This document shows positions 1 to 8,059 of a stretch of 64,000 nt of DNA, piece by piece. Source of the DNA: Spirochaetota bacterium (GTDB taxonomy: Bacteria; Spirochaetota; UBA4802; UBA5550). How positions within the stretch are numbered: position 1 is the stretch's first letter; each line of letters opens with the position of its first letter. A program made the position numbers and the translations under genes. Where the stretch lies: the NCBI GenBank assembly GCA_041749375.1, contig JBGTBN010000035.1, forward strand, positions 7,016-71,015, given 5' to 3'. The notes under the pieces were generated by a model. That model worked only from the letters and a program-made list of their open reading frames with translations, ran no database searches and was not told the origin of the DNA.

Positions 1-1
1 C

Positions 2-526
2 GACACGGACCTCATCGCGCGCGAGGTCGTGGAGCCGGGGCGGCCGGCGCTCGCCGACATAGGTGAATGCTTCGGCCGGGAGGCGATCAACCCGGACGGC
101 ACGCTGAACCGCGAAGTGGTGCGCGACCGGATCATCCGCGATCCGGGGAAGCGGGCGAAACTAAACGCCATCACCCATCCTCGCATCAATGCAGTCGTGA
201 TGGAGCGCATAGGCGAGTATTCCCGCATTAATGACGGCATGCCGATCATCATCGATGTGCCGCTGCTGTACGAATCGGGCTGGGACCGGTTTTTTCCGGA
301 CGCGATACTGGTCTACGCGCCGGTACCGGTCCAGGTGGAGCGGCTCATGGAGCGGGACCGGTTGGACCGGGAGATCGCGGAGCTTACCATCACCGCACAG
401 ATGAGCATAGAGGAAAAAAAGGGAAGGGCGCGGTTCATTATAGACAACTCCGGGAGCCTTGAGGACACAAGGAAGCTGGTGGAAAAGCTGTTCGGCGAGC
501 TGCGGGGGATGATTTCGGGGGGATGA
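2..526 (+). CDS. coaE: Dephospho-CoA kinase, 5' end truncated by window edge
   Basis: Frame is open from nt 2. Blocks DTDLIAREVVEPGRPAL, NAITHPRI, IIDVPLLYESGW and VERLMERD are CoaE-typical. The P-loop N-terminus lies upstream of the window. Confidence 0.85.
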   Translation, partial: DTDLIAREVVEPGRPALADIGECFGREAINPDGTLNREVVRDRIIRDPGKRAKLNAITHPRINAVVMERIGEYSRINDGMPIIIDVPLLYESGWDRFFPDAILVYAPVPVQVERLMERDRLDREIAELTITAQMSIEEKKGRARFIIDNSGSLEDTRKLVEKLFGELRGMISGG

Positions 527-530
527 TTGA

Positions 531-556
531 TAGGCGCGCAAACGTTTGCGCGCCTA
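531..556. repeat. Perfect 26-nt palindrome TAGGCGCGCAAACGTTTGCGCGCCTA (AAACGTTT-core hairpin family), terminator-like
   Basis: Lies between convergent coaE and ORF 563..775. Shares its core with copies at 38430 and 46608. Confidence 0.7.
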
Positions 557-562
557 GCAATA

Positions 563-775
563 TCAATACAGCCCCTTCCAGATATTGATCTCCGGGTCAT
601 CATTGCACGTACGGCAGAACACGTGGGGATCGCCGCTCCCGCACCCGTTGCACCAGATGTCGAACACGCGGCATTCCTTGCACAGGGGCCTGTCACACCC
701 GTCGCAGTATACCACCGCCTCGTTCCTGCCGCAGATTTCGCAGGCCTCGCCTTTCGCGAGTCGTATCTTGTTCAT
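563..775 (-). CDS. Small Cys-rich zinc-ribbon/B-box-like protein (70 aa)
   Basis: ATG ORF with 10 Cys arranged as five CxxC pairs (CEIC, CDGC, CKEC, CNGC, CRTC). The SD-like GGGGGAG sits about 13 nt upstream, which is a long spacing. Confidence 0.5.
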   Translation of the reverse strand: MNKIRLAKGEACEICGRNEAVVYCDGCDRPLCKECRVFDIWCNGCGSGDPHVFCRTCNDDPEINIWKGLY

Positions 776-854
776 GGGCGAAGAAGCAACTCCCCCTTGC
801 GTGTTACGCCAGCCGGCATGGCAGTAGCATAATCATGCCGGCCGGCCCTGTCCA

Positions 855-3137
855 TTATTTTTTGTCCGCACCGACCCACGGTGTCGCTTTGCCGTACACC
901 AGGAACGGCATTGGGTTGAGCGTGCCGGCCGATGCCGGGAGCGAGCCGAGCCCCAGGAAGAGCGCGCCGTTGATCTTCCTGATCTCGTCGTGCGGCCGCA
1001 TCGGGGCAAACCCCATCGATTCGGTGTAATCGACATGAAACGAATTCTTCTCGTCATAGGCGGACTTCGCGATAGACGTTTTCATCTCGCGGACGCGTTC
1101 GAACGATTCCGTGCCGTCAACCGTACTGCTGAACAGGTTGTACCCGCGCTGTTCTTTCGGCAGGAACGCCTTGCCGCTCCACGAACCGGGCCCGAACAGG
1201 AAGGCTGCATAGAAGTCGGAGACGTACGTCAATACGCCGCCACCGGTCATGGCGGCCCGGTATTCGCCCTCGAGGTCTTTCGCTTCCGGCGCCGGCGCGG
1301 CGTAGAAAAGCTGCATGACCTGCGCCCGTGAGAGCCGGGTGACATCGTCAAACGTGGCTTTGTCAGCCTGTTTGCCGAGTATCTGCTCCATGGTCTGTCC
1401 CTTGTACCCGCCGCACCCCTTCTGGGCAATGTTGATACCGGTCAGGACGGCATCGGCCAAAACAATGATGCATGCGACAATTAAAATCTTCTTTAATACT
1501 TTCATCGATACGCTCCTTTTTTCCGCTGGTATATTGTTTGATAAATAATTCTTCGGTGCCTTTTTCTTCGCCGGGATGCGGCTCATGGCCCGTTCCGCGA
1601 GGGCCGTGATGGTAAGGCTCGGGTTCACGCCCACGTTGGCGGAGACTGCGGCGCCGTCTACGACGTAGAGCCCGGGATAGTTGAAGACTTCATGGTCCGT
1701 GCTGATCACCCCGTCTTCAGCGGAGGAGCCCATGTGGCACCCCCCCAGGATATGCGCGGTGGTGGACTGGGACAGCAGGCTCTCCATGATGACGTTGATC
1801 GGCGTTCCGCCCAGCTCCTCGGCCAGTACCCGCGCCGCCTCGTTGGCCACCGGGAGATTCGTGGGCGCCTCCTTGCCTTTCCATTTCTTTGACTTGAGCC
1901 GCCGCGACAGGAAGAGGGTCGCCAGGCTCCTGCCGTATTTGAACGAGATCCGGTTGTCCAGATTCTGCATCACGGTGAGGATGATGACACGCTTGTGCCA
2001 GTTGCGCGCGAACCAGTTCCTGGCAAGGGACGCCGGTCTGACGAGCATGACGGCGAGGGTCTTGAGAGATCTCCGCACGGGATGATCGTCGTCGACCAGG
2101 GGGCCGGCGTACCAGCGCATGAAGCCGTACCCGCGGGGAAAGCGGTTCTGTGTTATATGGGTGTGGGCGTCCGGGTAGAAGTCGGTCGAGATGGTGGTGC
2201 CGTGCGACAGGTCGAGATCCCTGTCCGGGGATAGGGCGCCGACGATCGACTCGCTGTTGGTCCGCACGATGCGGCCCAGCTGACCGGAGATGCGGGGGAG
2301 CGTTTTCGTGATGTCGCGGCACCGGAACAGGAGCTCCAGCGTGCCCAACACACCCGCGGCGATGATGACCCTGCCTGCCCGGATTTCTGGGCAGCGCTTA
2401 AGCGGTCGTGTCGGGTCCGAGATCTTCAGCCGGTAGCCGCTTTTATCGCCGGGGACGATGTTTGTCACTCTGCGGTTCGGAAGAATCGTGGTCCCGAGCT
2501 TCTCGGCAAGATAGAGATAGTTCTTGTCCAGGGTGTTTTTCGACCCGTGCTTGCACCCCGTGAGGCACTCGCCGCAAAGATGGCACCCGTCGCGCGCAGG
2601 ACCGCGCCCGCCGAAGTAGGGGTCCTCCCTGGTGACCTCGGGCGTGCCGAAGTAAATTCCGTTTTTCACGGACCCGAAGGTTGCGAGCGCGCCCATGCGC
2701 TTCGCGGCCTTCCTGAGATACTCGTCCATGATGTCCATGCCCGGGTTCTCCTTCAGCCCGAGCATTTTACCCGCGGTATCGTAATGCTTCTTCAGCTCCT
2801 TTTTCCAGTCCAGTCCCAGGCCGCTCCAGGACGGGTCATGGTAGAAGTCGTCCTTCGGCTTGAGTAAAACGGCGGCGTACACGATGCTGCCGCCGCCCAC
2901 GCCCACGCCGCCGACGATGCTGACATGCTTGAAAAAGCTCTGCGTGAAAAAGCCCTTCAGCCCTGCCTGCGGCATCCAGAACAGCTTGAATATGCTCTTC
3001 GACGCTTCCTCCATGTCGATGGGCGTAACCCTGTTGCCCTGCTCGATCACGACGACCCGGTATCCTTTTTCCGCCAGGCGGAGCGCCGATACACTGCCGC
3101 CGAAGCCGCTTCCGATAATCGCGAAATCATAATCCAT
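855..3137 (-). CDS. GMC-family FAD oxidoreductase continuing in frame into a TM/lipobox segment plus ~190-aa domain of unknown function
   Basis: AGGAG SD lies 6 nt before the ATG at 3137. Contains the FAD motif IIGSGFGGSVSALRLAEKG and the GMC C-terminal block HILGGCHMG..VVDGAAVSANVGVNPSLTI. No stop occurs before MKVLKKILIVACIIVL. Confidence 0.85.
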   Translation of the reverse strand: MDYDFAIIGSGFGGSVSALRLAEKGYRVVVIEQGNRVTPIDMEEASKSIFKLFWMPQAGLKGFFTQSFFKHVSIVGGVGVGGGSIVYAAVLLKPKDDFYHDPSWSGLGLDWKKELKKHYDTAGKMLGLKENPGMDIMDEYLRKAAKRMGALATFGSVKNGIYFGTPEVTREDPYFGGRGPARDGCHLCGECLTGCKHGSKNTLDKNYLYLAEKLGTTILPNRRVTNIVPGDKSGYRLKISDPTRPLKRCPEIRAGRVIIAAGVLGTLELLFRCRDITKTLPRISGQLGRIVRTNSESIVGALSPDRDLDLSHGTTISTDFYPDAHTHITQNRFPRGYGFMRWYAGPLVDDDHPVRRSLKTLAVMLVRPASLARNWFARNWHKRVIILTVMQNLDNRISFKYGRSLATLFLSRRLKSKKWKGKEAPTNLPVANEAARVLAEELGGTPINVIMESLLSQSTTAHILGGCHMGSSAEDGVISTDHEVFNYPGLYVVDGAAVSANVGVNPSLTITALAERAMSRIPAKKKAPKNYLSNNIPAEKRSVSMKVLKKILIVACIIVLADAVLTGINIAQKGCGGYKGQTMEQILGKQADKATFDDVTRLSRAQVMQLFYAAPAPEAKDLEGEYRAAMTGGGVLTYVSDFYAAFLFGPGSWSGKAFLPKEQRGYNLFSSTVDGTESFERVREMKTSIAKSAYDEKNSFHVDYTESMGFAPMRPHDEIRKINGALFLGLGSLPASAGTLNPMPFLVYGKATPWVGADKK

Positions 3138-3684
3138 TCTGCTCTCCTTGACTCGTAGTTTGATGCCCGGAACTTTCAATCTCTTCCCCCGTGTCAGCGC
3201 CGCCGGTCCCGCCGGGTCCGGGGATTTGACGGCCGGCTGCTCCGGCGCGGGGTGCAAGTATTTTTTGTAAGTGTACTGCAGTTTTGAAAAATGAAGCTAT
3301 GTCCTCTTCGCTGAATCCGGCGAGGTTGCTTCTCAGCAGCTCATATGTCTGGTCTTCGATCATTCTGACCGCGGTCTTTCCCTCCGGCTTCAGGTACACC
3401 AGCACGTTCCTCTTGTCAGACGCGTCTTTTTTCCTGTCCGCCAGTTTCTTTTTCTGGAGCCGATCGACCACCCGCGTAGCAGTGCTTACCGGTATATTCA
3501 TCTCTGCCGCAATATCGCTCATCCTGGCCGGCGAGCTGTTTCTTAAAAATTGAAGGAGGTAGATGTCCTCGTAGTCCAGGCCGAAGACAATGACTTTCGA
3601 TTGCTGAAATTTATACACTGCCTGGAGCGCCTTGAAGAGGATCTCGTCCAGCCTGTCTCGCGGGATGTCGTTTAATAGTGTCAT
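3127..3684 (-). CDS. MarR-family transcriptional regulator
   Basis: Winged-helix block MSDIAAEMNIPVSTATRVVDRLQKKKLADRKKDASDKRNVLVYLKPEGK. The 3' end overlaps the GMC start by 11 nt. Confidence 0.85.
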   Translation of the reverse strand: MTLLNDIPRDRLDEILFKALQAVYKFQQSKVIVFGLDYEDIYLLQFLRNSSPARMSDIAAEMNIPVSTATRVVDRLQKKKLADRKKDASDKRNVLVYLKPEGKTAVRMIEDQTYELLRSNLAGFSEEDIASFFKTAVHLQKILAPRAGAAGRQIPGPGGTGGADTGEEIESSGHQTTSQGEQNGL

Positions 3685-3783
3685 ATGTTTCTACTGTAGA
3701 GACACTATAGAAAAAATACTTCCATTTTGCAAGTAATATTCAGACTGGATGGCCGGTTAATCAACGTCCAATTATTTGAAAGA

Positions 3784-3978
3784 GATAGTTATCGCCTGAT
3801 GCAATGGGGGTCAGAGCCCCGACGTATTCGCGACATCCCCCTACTTTTTTACGGTATCCTGGCTCAGTCGGGGCTTCGACGTCCTGTTTCAGCTTGTAAA
3901 CCGATAGTTATCGCCTTTCCTAGGGGGCAGAGCCCCCTTATGCGGCATCCTGCTTCAGCCATTAGCGATAGTTATCAC
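3784..3978 (+). repeat. Dispersed repeat array with GATAGTTATC(G/A)C(C) boxes and GGGGG(T)CAGAGCC motifs
   Basis: Boxes at 3784-3796, 3903-3915 and 3967-3978, each but the last followed by GGGGGTCAGAGCC/GGGGGCAGAGCC. An inverted copy lies at 44946-45069. Confidence 0.7.
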
Positions 3979-4001
3979 TAATTAAAGAATAAATTAATTT
4001 C

Positions 4002-4038
4002 TTGACATAATACTAATAGACCGGTCTATTAGTATTAT
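4002..4038 (+). promoter_or_regulatory. TTGACA -35 box followed by a 32-nt perfect palindrome (probable TetR operator) overlapping the tetR ATG
   Basis: TTGACA at 4002-4007. ATAATACTAATAGACC|GGTCTATTAGTATTAT spans 4007-4038. There is no SD before the ATG at 4037. Confidence 0.55.
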
Positions 4039-4618
4039 GGATTCAGAAACCACCAAAAACCGAATAATTCAAAAAGGGGCCGAGCTGGTATATCTCAAAG
4101 GCTTCAATAATACCGGTATACAGGAAGTTCTGCAGGCGGCTGAAGTTCCCAGGGGATCCTTCTATTTTTATTTCAAAAACAAGGAGGATTTCGGATTGAG
4201 TCTGATCGATCATTTTTCTTCCTTCATAATGGACATCGCACAAAAACAGATGCGGCCAGGAGCGGCTGATCCGCTGGATGGGCTGAAGAATTTTTTCAAC
4301 CTGTATATAGGCCTGATGAAAAAGCAGAATTTCACCTGCGGATGCCCGATCGGCAATATCGCGCAGGAGATGAGCGACCTGAGCGACTCGTTCAGGAACA
4401 GGATTGCGGGTTTTTTCGATCAGGCAAAGAGCATGATACAGGCCTGCATTATGGAAGCGCAGAAGTCGGGACGGGTCGGTCCGGATACAGGCCCGGCGGA
4501 GCTCTCCGACTTCATCTTCAACAGCTGGGAAGGGGCCCTGATCGATATGAAGGTCACAAAGAGTTCCCGGCCGCTGGACGTGTTCATGAATACGGTGTTC
4601 GGGGTACTGCTGAAATGA
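4037..4618 (+). CDS. TetR/AcrR-family transcriptional regulator
   Basis: N-terminal HTH KNRIIQKGAELVYLKGFNNTGIQEVLQAAEVPRGSFYFYFKNKEDF. Confidence 0.9.
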   Translation: MDSETTKNRIIQKGAELVYLKGFNNTGIQEVLQAAEVPRGSFYFYFKNKEDFGLSLIDHFSSFIMDIAQKQMRPGAADPLDGLKNFFNLYIGLMKKQNFTCGCPIGNIAQEMSDLSDSFRNRIAGFFDQAKSMIQACIMEAQKSGRVGPDTGPAELSDFIFNSWEGALIDMKVTKSSRPLDVFMNTVFGVLLK

Positions 4619-4956
4619 TTTTTTCATTCGCCCATGATCAAAAAGATATTTCATGCAGAGGTCGCTCATTCAGCCTTCTTCCCCCTGTCCCCCAGAGGGG
4701 GCACGAGTGAAGGAGCAGTATGTATAAGCATTATGAATCTTGGTGTAGAAATGCTTAAAAAAATCCAGGACAATCATCCTGTGATATACACTATTAAGCA
4801 TGTAAATTCACATGAAGATATGTCCCACGCGCCCCCTATGGGGGATGGGGGGGGGGTGAAGACGATGGAGAAAATAGCATTGATTATTGAGTTATGCAAC
4901 AAGTCTAATGATGTATACAAAAGTCATTGTATAACATCAAATATAAAGGAGGCATC

Positions 4957-6039
4957 ATGAATCCATACGAACAGCTACAGGCGGTCCTTGATACGCACCC
5001 GGCGCGGGCGCCGAAAACAGACTCTTTCATGGAGATACTGCGGATACTGTTCACGCCCGAGGAAGCGGCGCTTGCCGCGACCATGAACTTCAAGGCCAAG
5101 TCGCCGGACCTGATAGCGAAAGCAGCCGGCCTTGACGAGTCTGCGGTGCAGCGCCTGCTTGACTCGATGGCATCAAAGGCGATCATCCACTTTACCGAGA
5201 AGGACGGAAAGAAAAAGTTCGGGCTGGTGCCGACCATCCCCGGCCTGTTCGAGTTTCCGTTCATGAAAGGGGGCGGTACGCCCATGCATGATAAACTTGG
5301 CATGCTCTGGGAGAAGTACCATCACGAGGCGCTGGGAAACGCCTTTGCCGGAAACCCGACCCCGCTCATGCGGGTCGTTCCGGTGGAGCAGTCGCTCACG
5401 CCGAAGAACCGGGTACATCCCTACGAGGAAGTGAAACAATTCATCATGAAAGCCGATTTCATCGGCCTGACCAACTGCGCGTGCCGCGTGAGCGTGAAGG
5501 CGTGCGACAAGCCGAAGGATGTATGCCTTATCTTCGACGGTGCGGCCCGCTTCCTGGTCGCGACCGGGAATGCCCGCGCCATCAACAAGGATGAGGGGCT
5601 CGAGGTGCTCGCCAGGGCAGAGCAGGCGGGGCTGGTCCATACCAGTAACAACAGCTCGGACCGGGCCGGCCTCATATGCAACTGCTGTTCCTGCTGCTGC
5701 ACCGTGCTCAGAGGCAGGACCCAGCTGAACCACCCGCATGCGTTCGAGCCGAGCCGGTTCGAGGCCCGCATCGACGCTGTCTCGTGCACCGGCTGCGCCA
5801 TATGCGCGGAGGAACGGTGCCCGGTCAAGGCCATTGCCATGAACGGCGGCATCGCATCAGTGGATGCCGGGCGCTGCATAGGGTGCGGGCTCTGCGTGTC
5901 CGCGTGCCCCGCGCAGGCGATCGAGCTCGTTGACAGGAAGGCGGCGCCGGGGATGCCGGCCACGATCCAGGAGATGGGCATCACGGTCGCGAAGGAAAAG
6001 GGCACCCTGGAGGAGTTCATCAAGATCATGTCGCGGTGA
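4957..6039 (+). CDS. 4Fe-4S dicluster-domain protein with additional Cys cluster
   Basis: AAGGAGG SD precedes the ATG at 4957. Two ferredoxin motifs (CTGCAICAEERCP and CIGCGLCVSACP) plus NCACRVSVKAC and CNCCSCCC. Confidence 0.8.
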   Translation: MNPYEQLQAVLDTHPARAPKTDSFMEILRILFTPEEAALAATMNFKAKSPDLIAKAAGLDESAVQRLLDSMASKAIIHFTEKDGKKKFGLVPTIPGLFEFPFMKGGGTPMHDKLGMLWEKYHHEALGNAFAGNPTPLMRVVPVEQSLTPKNRVHPYEEVKQFIMKADFIGLTNCACRVSVKACDKPKDVCLIFDGAARFLVATGNARAINKDEGLEVLARAEQAGLVHTSNNSSDRAGLICNCCSCCCTVLRGRTQLNHPHAFEPSRFEARIDAVSCTGCAICAEERCPVKAIAMNGGIASVDAGRCIGCGLCVSACPAQAIELVDRKAAPGMPATIQEMGITVAKEKGTLEEFIKIMSR

Positions 6040-6170
6040 CGCGGCGGTCCGGCGATCCCGATTTTTGCTTGATTTATAAGAATACCTGCTCTCTACTTAA
6101 CCGCATCAATGGTCCGGGACGGACGCCGCTCGCGCGCGGCGTCCGCAACCGGAACCGTCCGAGGAATGAC

Positions 6171-6851
6171 ATGAGAGACACGCGAAGCGCACCGGCTGTA
6201 CCCGCTTTCATGGTGATCGTCTTCACCGCGTTGATGGCCCAGCTCATTGGTACCTATTTTGCGCGCGCCCTCGTGGTGGGAGATTACTTCTACCTTTCCT
6301 GGCTTATTTTGAGGATACTGCTCCCCCTTGTTGTGCTGTTGCTCCTGAAAATCCCGCTTTCCGAAATCGGCCTGGGCCTGCCCCGCGTCGACCGCCGGAT
6401 GGCCCGCATGTTGATCGCCGGCGCGGTCGTCCTGGTCGCCGCGTTCGCCGGCATATACTTCATGAGCGGTTATTTCAGCTTCTATTCCGGCTCCTTCACC
6501 GGGCCGGACGGCGGCAGGGCGGGGCGGTTCGCGAACTTCATGATCTTCACCTCGTCCACGCTCACCGGCTGGGAGTTCCTCCACCGCGGGTTTCTCCTGC
6601 TGGGACTGCGCTACGCGCTCGGCGCGCGGGAGAAGATTCCGGAAAGGGACGCCGCCCTGATCGCCGTTGCAATCGTGTGGGTGTTCGAGGTGGTTTTCCA
6701 TTTTATCAAGCCGCCGGTCGAGGCGCTGGGTCTGCTGGTCGGCTCGCCGCTGCTCTCGTGGCTTGCGCTGCGAACGCGCAGCATCTGGCTCCCGTTCCTG
6801 TTCCACCTGGCGGTGGAGATCCTCTTCATCCTGTCTCTCATCATGCGGTGA
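6171..6851 (+). CDS. CPBP (CAAX-type) intramembrane metalloprotease family protein
   Basis: Multi-TM protein. Motifs WEFLHRGF, FHFIK and FHLAVE match CPBP motifs 1-3. Start is uncertain; the ATG at 6171 has a GAGGA SD. Confidence 0.7.
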   Translation: MRDTRSAPAVPAFMVIVFTALMAQLIGTYFARALVVGDYFYLSWLILRILLPLVVLLLLKIPLSEIGLGLPRVDRRMARMLIAGAVVLVAAFAGIYFMSGYFSFYSGSFTGPDGGRAGRFANFMIFTSSTLTGWEFLHRGFLLLGLRYALGAREKIPERDAALIAVAIVWVFEVVFHFIKPPVEALGLLVGSPLLSWLALRTRSIWLPFLFHLAVEILFILSLIMR

Positions 6852-6855
6852 CCGT

Positions 6856-7977
6856 ATGGACGTGCTGAGCATAAAATTCCTCTCCGCAGCCTTCATGTTC
6901 TTCACCGCGGGCCTGTCGCTCCTTTTCGCGATCGGCCAGCTCTGCGGGAGGAAGCGATACTTCGAGAACTACGTTCTCTTCTCGTACCTTGTCTGCCTGA
7001 GCCTTCTCCTGTTTCAGGTATGCATGATCGTTAACGACATCAACTTCACGCACCCGCGGCTCCTGTTCTTCCACCTGACCGCGCTCTATTTCCTGGCGCC
7101 CATTGTGTACTGCGCCGATTACCTGGTGATACTTCCCGTCGAGGCGATGCCCCGGAGCATGGCGCTCCTCTTCCTGCCGGTGGCGGTCGGCCTTGCCGCG
7201 GACATTTTCTATATAGCCATGCCGGACGCGGACAAGCTGGCGCTCATGGCAGACCTGTTCCGCGGTAGGCCGTCGCCCTGGGGCGTCCCGGCGCGGGCCC
7301 TCCTTGCGGGCGCGAGCGCGCTGATGCTGGTGTACATGGGGTTTTTATTGAAGAGGCTGATTGCCGAAAGGGGCGAAAGCCCCGGCGTGGTCTTCTACGT
7401 CATGATCTCGAGCATTTTCGTCGTTGCGGCAGTGAACGTTGTGACGATCAGCGGTTACCTGGCCGGATCCCATACCCTCATGAGGTGGGGCGCGAACCTG
7501 GCCGGTCTTCTCGTAATCGGCGCGTATGTGGCGAGCCAGCGTCACCCCAAGATTCTCCAGCTCCTCATGTTCGAGGCAGAGAAGAAATATTACGAGCGGT
7601 CGCTGCTGGGCCAGGTCGACGTCTCGGATCTGACCGGGCAGCTGAACCGGCTCATGGAGGCGGAACGCCTCTACACCGATGACCAGCTCACCCTGCGCGA
7701 CCTGGCTGACGAGCTGTCAATCACGCCCCACCAGCTCTCCCAGCTCCTGAACGAGCGGCTGGACACGAACTTCAGCAACTTCGTGAACCAGCTCCGGATC
7801 AGGGACGCGCGCGACATGCTGCTGAACCAGCCGGAAAAGACGGTGCTCGCGATTTCCCTGGAGGTGGGGTTCAACTCGAAATCCGCATTCTACGAGGCGT
7901 TTTCCCGCTTTACGGGGATGTCGCCTCAGGCATTCAGAAAGAACAGGGGCGGCACGAACGACTCCCTTAAAAAATAG
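6856..7977 (+). CDS. Membrane-anchored AraC/XylS-family transcriptional regulator
   Basis: About 250-aa polytopic N-terminus, then an AraC HTH pair (LTLRDLADELSITPHQLSQLLN...AISLEVGFNSKSAFYEAFSRFTGMSPQAFR). Confidence 0.85.
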   Translation: MDVLSIKFLSAAFMFFTAGLSLLFAIGQLCGRKRYFENYVLFSYLVCLSLLLFQVCMIVNDINFTHPRLLFFHLTALYFLAPIVYCADYLVILPVEAMPRSMALLFLPVAVGLAADIFYIAMPDADKLALMADLFRGRPSPWGVPARALLAGASALMLVYMGFLLKRLIAERGESPGVVFYVMISSIFVVAAVNVVTISGYLAGSHTLMRWGANLAGLLVIGAYVASQRHPKILQLLMFEAEKKYYERSLLGQVDVSDLTGQLNRLMEAERLYTDDQLTLRDLADELSITPHQLSQLLNERLDTNFSNFVNQLRIRDARDMLLNQPEKTVLAISLEVGFNSKSAFYEAFSRFTGMSPQAFRKNRGGTNDSLKK

Positions 7978-8059
7978 GCTCCCCGGCGGCATTTCTCTCG
8001 ACAAACCGCTGCGCATAATGCACAATGTATAAGCCGGAAAACGAGAACGGAGATTTCGC

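Noticed and set aside
3784-3978. Possible CRISPR array (repeated GATAGTTATCGCC boxes)
   Set aside because: The conserved boxes are only 12-13 nt long and their spacing is irregular (119 and 64 nt). The sequences between boxes are themselves repeated at 44946-45069. No cas genes are present.
3727-3981. An 84-aa ORF, with a 63-aa counterpart at 44883..45074
   Set aside because: Both simply translate the GATAGTTATCGCC/GGGGGTCAGAGCC repeat arrays and share peptides because the DNA repeats. Neither has an SD, and both lie in promoter-proximal intergenic DNA.
4912-4919. TGTATACA/TTGTATACAA palindromes (4912-4919 and 44803-44812) as a shared regulator site
   Set aside because: There are only two short AT-rich palindromes, both in AT-rich spacers. 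Chance occurrence is plausible, and there is no supporting third site or cognate regulator.
4634-4960. A 108-aa ORF upstream of the Fe-S protein gene
   Set aside because: It runs through C5-N3-G5 repeat elements and a poly-G tract. It has no SD and mixed composition, and it ends inside the SD/start of the real gene.
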